A stretch of 64,000 nucleotides of DNA. Origin: Lepidodermella squamata. Its lineage: Eukaryota > Animalia > Gastrotricha. Shown one piece after another: positions 33,529 through 47,323 of this stretch. Numbering within the stretch: the first letter of the stretch is position 1; every line of letters starts with the position of its first letter. Below the pieces are notes generated by a model. That model was not told where the DNA came from and ran no database searches. It was given only the letters and a program-made list of their open reading frames with translations. The position numbers and the translations under genes were made by a program. The stretch spans positions 22,596 through 86,595 of the forward strand of contig JBLDXI010000068.1 of assembly GCA_047495785.1 (NCBI GenBank), in the 5' to 3' direction.

Positions 33529-35631
33529 TCAACACGGCGGCGGCGCTGATGTACGATCATTGTCGCCTGGTTTCTGCTGCTGCTTGTTGGCAGCAGCGAA
33601 CAGGGTGCGGCGGGTGAGTTGCACCTGCACGCAGAGCATCTGCTTGTTGGGCGCGACGTTGCGCACGTCGACGACGCTGAGGAGGCCGAGGCGGCGGTGC
33701 AGGCCTTGCAGCGGGTGCGGCCAGCCGAGGTGTTCGCACGCCATGCGAGCCGCGTCCTCGACCGGGTCGGCGGCGCGCGAGAACGTGTACACGTACACGA
33801 ACACAGGCAGCGCCTCATCGTCATCGTCATCATTGCTATCATTGCCACTACTGGGTTGATCTTGATCACCAGCAGTAGCAGTAGCCTCAGTAGCCATGAG
33901 GCCGACAAAGTGCGGCAGGAAGGTGATGGCGAGCGCGGGCAGGTTCATCAGCACGTGCACCCGCCCACCCGCACCACTACTCTTGGATTCGGAAATGATG
34001 TCGTCGAGGCGCGGCCGCAGCACCGTGCGCACGAACTCGCCGGCGTCCACGTTCGACACGGCGGCGAGGCCGTCGGCGACGCGGTTCAGCCGCAGGTTGT
34101 GCGCCAGCCAGTGCGCCGCCGCCGGGTTCAAGTCGTTCGCGAACACGCGCGTCTTCGTGGTGGAACCCCCAGCCGATGCCGTCTTGTTTGTCTTGTTGGT
34201 CTGCTGTGCTGCGGCGGCGGTGGCGGTGAAGGTACGCGCGGCGAGGACGGCGAAGGGGCCGATGCCGGCGCAGGCGTCGAACACGTAGTCGCGGGCGGCG
34301 TCGAGGCGGTCGACGACGCGGCGGTGCTCGGTGGAGAGGCGCGTGTTCCAGTACACGGCCGAGTAGTCGAGGTCGAACAGGCAGCCGTTCTCGCGCACCC
34401 GCGTCTTGAAGTCACGCTCTATAAAGCAAAAAAAAGCAAAACTGCTGTTAAGCAAACTGTTGCAATTTTGATACATTGATACATTGACGATTCGCATGCA
34501 CGTGTCTGATATGTGTCTGGGCCCACTCCATGACTTCTCTTTTGTTACCGTTGTTTCTAAGCTTCCCCAAGTTTATTAACAGGCCCGAAGTCGTTGCAAC
34601 TGTTGTTGGCTACCAGTAAAACGTATCGATTGTTTTTACACCCAAGACAAGTCAACACTAAGCGTAATAGTGTAAACTCTATGGTTCTCTATGGGCCCCC
34701 AATTCCTCTAGATCGTCGTTACTCTCTAGATCGCAATCTTATAGGTAAACCACATTCATTCAACAAGTGCGTATAACGTACCTCCGGCGAGCAGTTCGAG
34801 GTCGAGTTCGCGAAACTTGTTGTCGATGTTTTTCGTCTTGTTGACGACGGTGCGCGCCTGAGGCACCTTGTCGAGCAGCACCTGCCCGATCAGCGCCTTG
34901 TACGGCACCAGCACGTCCTTCAGGTTCACGTGCACGATGTGGCCGACGAGCGAGTAGCCGGAGACCGAGTCGGCGCCCATGGGTAAGACCGCCCGCAGCA
35001 CGTCCTCCTTCGACCACGTGTCGTAGTCGAGCGTCGTCTCAACGCGCCGCATCGACACGCCGTCGCCGCAGCACCGCTTCAACGCCTCGCCGATCGCCAG
35101 CTCACTCGGCAACTCGTCCAACGACCGCACCATCTTCTCAGGGTCGAGCAGCAGCGGCACGAGAGCCGAATCTCCGCCGCCGCCACCTGTTTCCTTTTCA
35201 TTCTCATCACTACAGCTGTTGGTGTTGCCAGTGTTGGAGGGTTGTCGGCGGCGGCGTTTCCTAGCGGCGCCGAGTTTTCGGTAGCGCAGCAGCAAGTCGT
35301 GTTTTTTGAGGATGGCGACCGCGTCCGAGACGCGCGGCCCCGCCGGCACGTAGATGCAGGGCAGGGCGACGCGCAGCGAGAACGCCGCCTTGTCCAGGCG
35401 CGTCATGCCTCGGACGGCGGCGGGCGGGGCGAGCCGTTCGCCCGGCTTCAACTCAACCAACTGTTGAACTCTACTACTGCTATCATCATCATCATCATCA
35501 TCATCATCATGTTGTTTCATCATTATTCTCGCGCTCTTGTTACTGCTTTTCTTCACCTTGGAAGAAGGCACAGGCACAGGCAGCAGCAGTTGTTTGACAC
35601 TTTTCAACAGCGATTGCAGCCACGAACGCAT
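33529..35631 (-). CDS. TRMT5: tRNA (guanine-37-N1)-methyltransferase, two exons (35631-34782, 34418-33529)
   Basis: Motifs GHIVHVNL, TVVNK..IDNKFR, ENGC.F.LDYS.VYWNTRLSTEH, DACAGIGPF, ANDLNP, HVLMNLP, VRNVAPNKQM; GT-AG intron 34781-34419 joins in frame (LLAGERDFK). Confidence 0.93.
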
Positions 35632-36639
35632 AAACACCGCGTCATTGCGTAAATTCTGTCTTAACTTCTACAAATAATCAAACACACGACTTGAATTGAA
35701 ATTAAAAGTCAACACTCAACAGGGTTAAACACAATAAATCCGAACGTTGAGACATTTTCCGGCAGAAAACTGTGATTTTCGAAACCGTCAATACGCTGGT
35801 TAAACTTCGAGCCAAAAGAGACGCTGAGTGGCCCATTTGAGCTTCTGAAAACTCGTACCAAGAAAATACTTCTTCATCGCAGACTAACTGCCGATTGTAA
35901 GAATTCGATTAAGGAACTTATACATCAGAAGTTCAACAGAAACCAAGCCCAGGAAATATGTGTCAAATCGTCAAACGATAACGATAACGATAAAATGCCC
36001 TCAACCTGACTTGAGAATGCATTCTTTTGAAACAGTTGGCTAGCCTTTTGGTCTGCGTTATCCAATATCATTTCGTTTTCGTTGTTTTTTTCATTTGGTT
36101 TCAAACTTGAAGCAGCTGTCTTTAATAGGATATTTGCTGATCTATTGGTGATTTGGACTGATTTGACTCGAAATTTCGATCACTCGTGACTCACTCGCAA
36201 TTCACCGTGAGAGTAAAAGCAAGTATTATTTCAAGAATAAACCACCCATTTAAGGTATGTATATACTCTATTACACATATCAACAAGGCACAAGAAATGA
36301 GCAAGAGGCTAAAATCGCTGTTTTATTGCCACCGTGGCGCCGCAGCAGCACAAGAAGAAGACGAAGAAGAAGATCAAGATCGAGAATAAACACACAAATA
36401 CACAACTTATCTCCGATGGTGATGATGATGATGAAATTGTACTAAACTCTGATCATCATCATCGCCATGATGGATGAGCAACAATCAATAAGTACACAGC
36501 CGATGTGTCGTCGATGATGATGATGATGCATACACTTATTATAGTTATTTGTTATCATAGATAAAGTAGTACAAGAAGTAGTACAAAAACCGCACAGCAC
36601 ATGGAGAGCGAGCAATCTAATCAAATGGCTAAGAAATAG

Positions 36640-37725
<1,086 letters not shown>

Positions 37726-38379
37726 TTATATCAACTCAATTAAAACAATCTACAGAAAAAAAATCAAACAAATGTGAAAAAGTAATTGAAAATAACAGGC
37801 AACCTATCCTTCAACTAGAACTTTCTATTTACCCAGGTTCGTTGAATATTTGCAGCCAAGACATGACGCGAGGGCTTTAAACGTCGCCATCTTAAGCTAA
37901 AACCCGAATTCAACGCTTGGCGCATTTTTTCAGACAGTCGCTTCAGACATAAATAAGGTCAAAGACTTGTATCGAAACGTAGGCTATTCTAACGATTTCA
38001 CGCATGATCCCCTTATAATAAACCTATTTCCCCATGTCTAGTAATACCTGTAACCATTTCTGCAAAGATATCAAATAGTCTTGCCACAAATTCCCACATA
38101 TACTTGATACTAATGTAATCTTCGAGATCCACTTCTCCGCGGTTACGACGAAGCAAACCATGGAGTAACTATTTGAATAGCTTTAAATCATTTTCAAGGC
38201 ATTTTATTGCCTCGCCGCTAGCGAATTCAGGTAATGAGTTCCGGTCCATACTTTGAACCCAAGCGAATGTAATCGAGAATAAAGTTCTAGAACGGCAGAA
38301 ACGGCAGATCGTCAAGTTACAAAATGGAGCAACAATTTATCTCTTATTTATTCATTAGAAAAGTAACACCATTACTGTG

Positions 38380-39303
38380 CTATTTAGCTGAAGCCTTGCT
38401 CTCCTGCTGCTGCTGCTGCTGCTGCTGTTGACTGGTGTTGCTACTCCGCCGCCGCCGCCGCAGCTGGTTGGCAGCGAGTTGCAGCTTCTTGGCCGCAGCA
38501 CCGCCGTGTTGCAGCGCGGCGGCGTACGACTCGGCGCCGAAGCACCCGTCGCCCTCCTTCGCCGCGTACGACAGCCCGGCGGCGTCGAACGCCAGCACGA
38601 ACCGGCAGTTGGAGCACGCCTCCTCCAGCTGGTCGCAGTCCACCACCACACTCGCCGGCCCGATGCGGCTCAGCGTCACGAACGTCGGCAAGCAGCGCCC
38701 GAACGCGTCGTCGTCGCCCAGCCGCACCACCGACACGCACGCCTCGTTCGGGATGTCGAAGTCACGCCCGCCAAAGTCGTTCTCGACGACGCTGAGTCGC
38801 GGCAGCTCGCTCGCCAGCAGCGCCAGTTTCGCCGCCAGCGCGCACGTGTCGTACAGGTTGCCGTCGACGCGCAGCAGCAGAACGTCGACGAACAGCTGCC
38901 ACTGCGACTGCGCCGGCACGACGACGAACGGCGGCGCGGTCCACAGGCGTGCGCAACTGCGGTTGAACACCGCCTCCAGCGTCGTCGCCACGTAGTCGAA
39001 CGCGTCCAGCTCGTCGTAGTTGAAGTGCGACGCCGCTGTGACGGCCGGCGCCACCGAGAATCGCATCGGCTGTGCGCTCGCCTCCGACCGCACGATGTTG
39101 CCTTTCACGGCGACCACCAGTTCGAACGTGCTCGCGCGTACGCTAACAGAGCCGAAAGCGCCGCTCACAACGTCGAATTCGACTTGAAGTGGGCGGTAGT
39201 CGTCGTTTTTACGCCCATCACCTCGGCAATCTGCTGATACGCCGCCGAAAACGAACAGCTTCTCCGCATCGCTGATGCCACGAATCGCCAGTTTACTAGT
39301 CAT
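38380..39303 (-). CDS. EXOSC7: Exosome complex component RRP42 (RNase PH-like)
   Basis: N-terminus ISDAEKLFVFGGV..D.R.DGR...DYR...VEFDVVS...GS..V; W.LFVDVLLL..DGNLYD; LP; VVDC...EEAC; first ATG at 39303. Confidence 0.85.
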   Translation of the reverse strand: MTSKLAIRGISDAEKLFVFGGVSADCRGDGRKNDDYRPLQVEFDVVSGAFGSVSVRASTFELVVAVKGNIVRSEASAQPMRFSVAPAVTAASHFNYDELDAFDYVATTLEAVFNRSCARLWTAPPFVVVPAQSQWQLFVDVLLLRVDGNLYDTCALAAKLALLASELPRLSVVENDFGGRDFDIPNEACVSVVRLGDDDAFGRCLPTFVTLSRIGPASVVVDCDQLEEACSNCRFVLAFDAAGLSYAAKEGDGCFGAESYAAALQHGGAAAKKLQLAANQLRRRRRSSNTSQQQQQQQQQESKASAK

Positions 39304-41380
39304 ATCTAAGAACACCCTATTCAATCAAAACAGCAAATAGTCTACGGTCCACGGAACAAATAATTCGATCGAGGGAAACAACATTCTCTCTTCTTTCAAA
39401 ACCATCTTTCTCTTTCTCTTTCTCTTTCAGCAGCTGCGAGCAGATCGGGGCGCGCGCAAAATTGCGAAAATAATTTGCAATTTGCACGTAAACTGCAAGC
39501 ATGGATAAAATGCCTAGAACCCTAGTTTTCAAAACCGAGCATGGAGTATTTTAACAAAACATGAGCATAGTATGTAAAAATGGAAAGTAAGCACGCACTC
39601 CTAGGAAAGGTGGCTACAACGAATTTGCTTTTTTGTTATGTTTTTAAAAGATCTGATCGACAGCATACTCACTCACATTTCACCAAGATGCACGATGCAC
39701 GAAACAGGAAGCTTAATTCTAAAGTGAGCAGCTAGCCTTGTAATTTCGCCGTAAAAGTTTCCATCAAACATCAAACCCCAATCCAAAATCTCTCTCTCTC
39801 TCTCTCTCTCGCTGATCTCTCTTCAATGGATAGATGGATGGATGTTAGACCGTGACACCAATTCTGGTGATTTAACAGGGCTTGGGTTGAGAGTTAGGCC
39901 TGTCACCGATAATTCGATGTTGGGCGCATAGATGGCACAATAGGGTACAAAATTAAATGATAAACATATATCTATGATCTATTTGGTCCATTCAGACACC
40001 TGCTCGATGAAGAATTGCTGCAAGTAGGCGGCTTTGCGAAAGGCTTTCGACCTGGTAGGCTTGCGGATGAAGGGGTCGGTCTTGCTTTAGGCCTTCGAAC
40101 CACGGATGATGAAGGTTCCATCTTCAGTGGCACTGTTGGACTGCGTGGCTTTGAAGCTGCCGTTATCGGCACTGCGGAATCCGGGGTTGACAACTGTTTT
40201 AGGCTTGAATAGCTCGATTAGCTCGATGGGCGCTTCGTCGTGGAGGCACGGGAATACCAACTTGGTTTCGTGTACTTGCCTTTTTCCAGCGAGAGTGAGC
40301 CTTTTCAGGTGGCGGCGTAGACCGTCGACTGGGCACAAGTAGTCCTTCATCATTAGTCATTAGCGCTCGGATGACGTTGCCTTGTGCTCTGTCAAGGGTC
40401 TTCCTGGCAGCAGCAGAGCACAAATCGCATTTTCATTCGCTTACTTAAAAAAAAATGGGACCTGTTCATTCATCCTTCAGAAAATATAAAAATAATATAG
40501 TGTTACTCCATGCATTTACCGCACTTAAAAATTTATCCAGACGCTGATAGCATTTTTTAAAATAAATAAATAAAGCGTCGGTGACAACGCGCCGCCAATT
40601 TCAAATAAAAATCAATCAATTCAGTTATAAAAATCAATCAATTCAGTTACAAGTTATGAACTGACTTCTTACAGTAGCTCTTACATTTGACCATCTGCTA
40701 TTTTTGAGTAGCAGAACTGATATGTGCCCGCTGTTTACACAATAAAACGAGAAAATGTGCAAAACAAGCTTTCATCTCTCTCTTGTGTTTTCCTGAGTTA
40801 TTCTCTCCCGGTCTCTTTTCCCTCTTTCGTCTGCCTTCTTTCTTCTTTCATAATAAAGCCATGAAATACAGGCTGGAACAACGACCACACATACAGCGGA
40901 TCTCCTGTCTACCGCATGCCTGAATTGCCTATCGAAATCAATAGCGAGAACGACGTTACACGTTTGAAGGAAGCTGCAGCAGATCGCGAGCATTGGAGGG
41001 CGGTGGTGGAACTCGCGGCCTCCCCTGCCATGCAGTGAAATGTTGAATAACATGAACACTAATACTACTACTACTAAATACAGTCATTTATCGCAATGAG
41101 GCAGTCACCGATCGCTAACCTTTTATCGTATTCAATATATGTTTGGGTTTTACCAACAAGCCATTCACTTACTCACCGCAATGGAAGATGATTGTCTTCT
41201 CTCTTCGCTGTCACCGTTACACTTATCAAGCGACGCTTTAGACCTTGTTGATGGCATTGACCGCGCCGAGCAGGCAAGCCAATCAGCCGTGCAGGCAAAC
41301 GTGCGCAGGAAATTTTGGACGAATTCAATTCTCCCGTACCTCTTTAACTTCTTCTTTCTTTCTTTCTTCTTTCTTCTTCC

Positions 41381-41675
41381 CTTTCTCGACGTCCGCATTC
41401 GATAGCATGGATCCGAATATTGTGCTTGAAAAGCTAAGTTTTTACAGATTTCAGGATTCACTACTGAATTGGCTTCGATACTATTTTTCCAAGAGAAGCG
41501 AGCGTATTGGTAGCTCGGCCTACCTACCTGTGGCCTACGGCGTGCCGTAAGGTTTAGCCATTGGTCCGGTCCTGTTTCTACTGTACGTGGCGGATCTGCG
41601 GCGCTGCGATGTCACCCAGTACCAACCTGTACCAGTTCGCCGATGACGTCGCGATCGTTGTCTCTGCCAAAACTT
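41381..41675 (+). pseudogene. Decayed non-LTR reverse-transcriptase fragment from a different family
   Basis: AFDSMDPNIVLEKL...WL..YF...YGVP*GLAIGPVLFLLYVADL then frameshift to YQFADD. Confidence 0.8.
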
Positions 41676-42054
41676 GCGACTACTGTGGCATTAGGGCTCG
41701 AATGACGCTTAACGCTTTAGTAGGGTTTAGGGTTGATACTAGTACTAGTGCGTAGACATACAGGTATGGCACTACTTTTCCTGAGTTTCCGCGGAAGCAC
41801 AATGTACGAACAGGCACTCCTTTTTAACTTTTCTTCGTTTCTTACTCTCAGCTTTTGGCAGCTGTCTTGCTGCGATGACGTTTGAAGACCTTTCTCTCGT
41901 CTATCTTTACCCTCTTTCGCCTTTCTTCTTTCGTCTTTCGTAAAGTCATGAAATTCAGTTATTTGTCAAAATCATGCAGTCATCGATCACTAACCTCTCT
42001 TCGAATTCAATATAGGCATTCAATCAAGAAGTCATTCACTTACTTGCAGCAGCA

Positions 42055-43306
42055 ATGGAAGATGAAGATGATTCCCTCTCGCCACTTCAGCTTACTTCTG
42101 AAGTTTTAGACCTCGTTGATGGTGTAGACCGCTCCGAGCAGGAAAGCCAACCTGCCGTTGAGACCAACGCGCGTCAGAAATTCGTCGACGCATTGAAAAC
42201 TGATATTGTTGCAGGTAATGTCTTCTTCTCCCGTCAATCTTTATATTCTTTCGTCTTTATGATGATGTGGCAATGAAGCGGCAGTTCGTCTCTCGCGATT
42301 ATTAAACTACGTGAATTGAAATACGCTATCACATAACTATATTCTGTTGCACAGCCGTCGACGGTGCAGTGCAGCGGCAGCTAGCTGCCCTGAAGCCAGA
42401 GTTGATTGCTGAAATACGCCAAATATTCGCGACATCGCCAGCTAAAGAAGTTGTTTCGCCAATTTCGACGCCGTTCAAGAAAGAGGACAGATTTAAAGAA
42501 AAGGATGCTGGCCGTTCGGCTGCATTGGACACACCGCGGCTGACGCCGTGTGCGAGTAGCAGTAAAAAAGTAGGCTATTTTTGTACAATTTCATACGGCT
42601 AAACACGAGATGTTGTATTCAGCGGAACGCCGCATCAGCCCTAACCCCGGTGTCTAACCAAGCTGCGGACAGTTGTTGTCATGACGCTGGTGGCGAGTCT
42701 CGAGTTGTGCGAAGTCTCCAATTCTCAACTTCTCCCGGTCTCCTTTTTCGTTCATCTTTCGTCTTATTTGCTCGTTTCAGACAACTGCTACGAGATATTA
42801 TAGCAAATAGAGTCAATTGTTTTGTTTAATTTATATAATTTTCATCAAAATGTTTATAAAAATAAATTGTGTTATTACTCACCACAGACGAGCCGCAGGC
42901 GGCCAGCGAGTCCAGGCATGACGAGGCGGACGAAGACGAAGAAGATGATGATGTGGTGGTGATGAAGCGGCGCCGAAACACCCGCGCGACTAGCCAATCG
43001 CAGTCGCAGTCCCAGCGCAGCGTTGTGCTCGTGCTTTCTGACAGCAGCAGCAGCAGTGACAATGATTCAGCGCAAAGTGCCATCAGCGATGACGGAGCTG
43101 TAGCATCGCAGCAAGACGACGTTGAGCAGCAAGGCAACAGCGACGTTGGTCGACCGGTGACGCGTAGCCGCACACGGAGTTGCGATCAGTCGCAATCATC
43201 TTCAGCTGGGCACGCAGACTATTACTGCCGCAAGTGCTCTCAGGCGTTCAGCAGTGCACTCGAGCTCCACCGTCATACGAAAGACCATGGGCGAGGCGTT
43301 TTATAA
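42055..43306 (+). CDS. Putative 4-exon gene (42055-42214, 42355-42569, 42623-about 42690, 42888-43306): acidic/Ser-rich protein with one C-terminal C2H2 zinc finger
   Basis: Phase-compatible GT-AG introns link four track ORFs; YYCRKCSQAFSSALELHRHTKDH; AATAAA at about 43404. Confidence 0.55.
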
Positions 43307-43499
43307 TGCACATTTTGCTGTTTACTTTCGGCCTTTGTTACCGGTTTTCATAATGATATCAAGCTGATTTTAGCTTTTTTGTACACTCGAGAAGAAGCGA
43401 TCAAATAAAATGTTTTACTTTTCATTCTTGTGTTTCGGCGTCTGACAAGCTCGGTTATTTTTGGGAGTCATTCGTACAGAAAAGAGGGGCCTGAGAGGG

Positions 43500-43786
43500 G
43501 CATAGCTACGGTACGTGCAAGGCTGAACAGCGGTTTCAGCTTGCCATGGCTGGCAGCGAAATATCGGTCATCAGAAATATGCGCGTATCGGCTGCAAACG
43601 TGTTTGCGCTTGCTGCCGCTATCGAATGAAGCGCGAATGTGCATGGCGTGGCTTGGTGCAGCCCGATTCCGCATAGCTGCGGTATGTACAAGGGCTGAGC
43701 ACAACGATTCCAGCCTTCTGCGGCTTGCAGCGAAATACGCGTCATCTGAGATGTGCCCGAATCGCCTGCAAACGTACATGGCGTGG
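43500..43786. repeat. Orphan satellite fragment left of LINE copy 2
   Basis: Matches the 348-bp monomer in the same orientation as 49058-62588. Confidence 0.92.
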
Positions 43787-44227
43787 CGAGTTCTGGTTTC
43801 GGGATTGGTCCTCAACACAAAATAAATTAAGCACGAGGGGAGGCTCAAGTTGACTCAATAAGATTTTTCCGCGACTGCAGGTGATGGGTGAGTTTCTCAG
43901 ACGAAGGGCTCAGATGAAGGCTCAAGGCACGTAGGCACGTATGACGTAGGCTCAGGGCGAAGGCTCAGTCAAGGCTCTGTAAAAGGCAAAGCACAATTGT
44001 TTACTATATTTCCAGGGCTCACCAGTTGGCTCGGTCAGGGCTCCAACCAGGCTCAGGCTCGCGGGCTCAGGGTGGAGGCTCAGTCAAGGCTCTGGGCTCA
44101 AAGGCTTAAAGGCTCAGTCAAGGCTCGCCAAAATGTTTGAATTTGAGGCCTCAGGGTTCTGGGCACGGACAGGCATTGGCTGACGCTGAATTAGACGAGG
44201 GCAGGATATTCTCGGTAGGCTCGAGGG

Positions 44228-47210
44228 CTAAGGATCTAAAGGCAAGGATGAGGTGCACAGCTGTAGAGTAGAAGTTTCTGGCAATGATGGCCGAACTTCA
44301 AATATCAACCAGTTAAAATTTGTGCGCCGAGGCATAACTGGGATTAAGTCGACCAAGTGCCGTATGCGCCATGCGGGGGAATGATCGTTCATGGTCTTAT
44401 GGCCGAAGCTATCGAAAGATAGTGAAGCTATGTATTTAATGTAGTCGGCCATAACATCGCCAGCTGCCAGGCAGCGTTGGCCGTAGCGTTCCAGACGTTC
44501 AGTGAAGATGTCTTCAATTGAGGGCACATCAGCCAGAAATAAAGTGCCAAAGGAATCGGCGTCGTAAGGCAAATCGAGGGCAGCGCGAAGCCCGTTCGCC
44601 TGTATTTCAAATAGTCTGTTGATAGAAGACTTGGGTTGACAGGACCATGCTGGCGAGCCGTACGTGGCCAGGCTTTCGGCCATCGATTTATGAAACATGA
44701 TTCCTAGTCGCTGTGGCAAAATCTTACGTGTCATGATGCCTCGTAGGACACCAGCTCTCGGACGGCACTTCGCGGAGATGCTGGATATGTGAGGCTCCCA
44801 GCTGAGTTGAGGGGTCAGCGTGACACCCAGGTACTTAATTGAGGGTGTTTGTTTTATTGTGTGCTTTCCGAGCTTGAGCGAAATCGAGGGCACTGAGTTA
44901 TAATATCCAAAAAGCATGACCTCGCATTTTTCGAGATTTAAGATCAGGCGCCATTGTTCGCACCAGCCGACCGTGACGTCTAGCTGTGCTTGAATTCGGC
45001 GGGTACAGTCGAGCAGCGACTTGCCGTAAGCCCAGTTGAGGGCGTCGTCAGCATACGTTCCGTTCGCTACCTTCCGCTTGCCATCGTCGGGCTGCAGTCC
45101 CATCGGCTGCATATCCGCCGTGAAAAAGATGAATAACAGTGGGCTCAGCGGTGAGCCCTGAGGCACACCACAGCAGATCGGGTGTTGTTCGCTGAGCTCG
45201 CTGTCGACTTTGAGCTTGAAGCAACGGCCGCGCAAAAAGTCGGCCACCCAGCGGATTATAGGCTCGGGGACACCGGCTTCAATAAGCTTATGCAGGAGTC
45301 CATTGTGCCAGACAATGTCGAAGGCACTCTTGAAGTCTAGGGCAGCTGCGACGAGCTTCCAATGTCTGGCCAGCGCTATGGCGACGTCGTTGACGAGCCT
45401 GAAGGTGGGGTCGGTGGCACTTCGACCTTGCCAAAAGCCGAACTGGTGTTGCGGCAGCAGGTTTTTGCTTACCAGGAAATCGAAGAGAACTTTTGTCACT
45501 AGCAGTTCTAGACACTTGCCGAGTGCTGGCAGCAGGGCGACTGGTCTATAGGACTCAGGTAGCTCTGGATCTTTGCCTTCTTTATACACTGGTGTGACAA
45601 TCGCAATTTTCCACGACTTGGGTACGTAGCCTGTGTTTAGACTGAGCTCGAAGAGCCGGCGCATGTGGCTAAGCAGACTATTTCCTCCGTTTTTTAGCAG
45701 AACGTTTGAGACTTCATCGTGGCCGGGTGCCTTGAAGTTTTTCAATTTCTTGAGGAGTGTCTTCAGAGAAGACTTCGGTAAACGGACGTTTAGCGAGCCA
45801 GGTATAGCAGCCAAGGGGCTTGTCTTCTCGGAGCTCTCAACTCCTTCGTCTACTGTTGCCCAAAACTTTTGAGTTGCGGGGGAATCTGAGGTTTTGGCAG
45901 GCGGGGAAACAACTTTGGCGAAGGTTTTAGCTATCAGCTCAGCTTTTGCCTTGCTATCAATCACCGCCTTGCCTAGCGATGTCTTCAGACCTGGAATCGG
46001 CCGTCTGCGTTGTTTCTTGTTCAGCAATCTGGAGGCTGCGGACCATGCCGGTCTCGGGTTGTGGTTATTGAAGTTTTTTGCTATTTTGAGGCATCTTTCG
46101 CAGTCTTTACGATTTTCCTCGCCGACAAGGTTTGCAATTTTCTTCGTGATCATGTTAAGTGCTGTTTTTACGTAAGAGCTGCTGGTTTCGCAATGCAGCT
46201 GTTGAAGTTCGTTGCGCTGCTGTAGTGCTGTTGCGATCGTCTTCGTTAGTTTCCAACCTTGGATTGCATTTGCCTTGCAGATTGGAATGGACTCTGACGC
46301 AGCCTGTTTTATGGCTGTAACTATTGCCTCGAGGTACTCGTCGATTTTAGTTGTAGGGTCGCCCGGCTGTGGGATTTTTGGGTCGGCCAGCTCTCGTAGC
46401 CAATATGACAGACGTTTCCTGAATTTTGGCCAATTTGCATGGTTGAAGTTGTATCTCTTCTCTTCAGAGTTCGACTCCATCCGCTTAGTTACACTGTCGA
46501 CGTTTATTTCGATGCGAATAGCGTTGTGGTCACTGCCGTATTTAGCATGAACGGTAGGTTTGGAAGCCATCAAGGCACGTCCTTCAGTATTCGCTAACCA
46601 AATATCAATCTGTCGCCAACTTTATTTGTCGAGTAGTGTGTCGGTACGCCAGTACTCAGTGGTGTCCCTCGCTTTCGAGCCAGTAAGCCAGTGTCGTACC
46701 AGCTGCGTTGTTGATCTTGACGCCAGTGAGTAAACGTGAGTGCCAGGCGTTTAGGTCCCCGCCAAAAATAGTTGGCGTGTGGTTGCTATTATAGAACAAA
46801 CCCCCAAGGACACTGTCGAGGAAAGACGTGTCGAGTTCTTCGCTTGGGGATCGATAGCCTGTAGCCAAAATCAGATCAATATTGGATTTGGTAACGATGC
46901 GGAGTGCTAGCCATTCGCTGGCGTCTGTGTGATAGGAAAAGAGCTCGCCTACTACGCGAATGCTATTTTTAACCAAGATGGCCGCTCCGCCATAGCTTTG
47001 GCTATCATCAGAGACTCGGGTAGAGCTATTGGAGGTGTAGTTTCGATCCACTCTGAACATTGTATAACCAGGTAATTCAAAAATGTCATTTTTAGCTAGG
47101 TGCGTCTCATTTAGAAATATAATGTCAGCTTTCAACTCTTTTGCGAGTAACATGAGTTCTTTGCGCTTTCTTTTGCACGACCTACAGTTCCACTGAACAA
47201 TTATTAGCAT
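44228..47210 (-). pseudogene. LINE ORF2 (APE + RT), frameshifted by 4-bp and 1-bp deletions at about 46660 and 46615
   Basis: MLIIVQWNCRS APE start; deletions relative to copy 1; the 781-aa downstream part with YADD is intact. Confidence 0.9.
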
Positions 47211-47323
47211 ATCGCGGAAGTAGAATGAAAAAGCGAATTAGGTTAACTTAAACGAACGATAAAAGGTGGTGAGTTAAAGAAGAGGAAAAACTGTTTGTCT
47301 GCGTAAAAAAAGGTTTATTAAAG

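Noticed and set aside
39972-40423. Cluster of short overlapping ORFs as a fifth minus-strand gene
   Set aside because: No recognisable domain and no consistent exon model could be built; may be a decayed element.
41709-41735. TTTAGGG telomere-like motif
   Set aside because: Only one or two imperfect copies, not an array.
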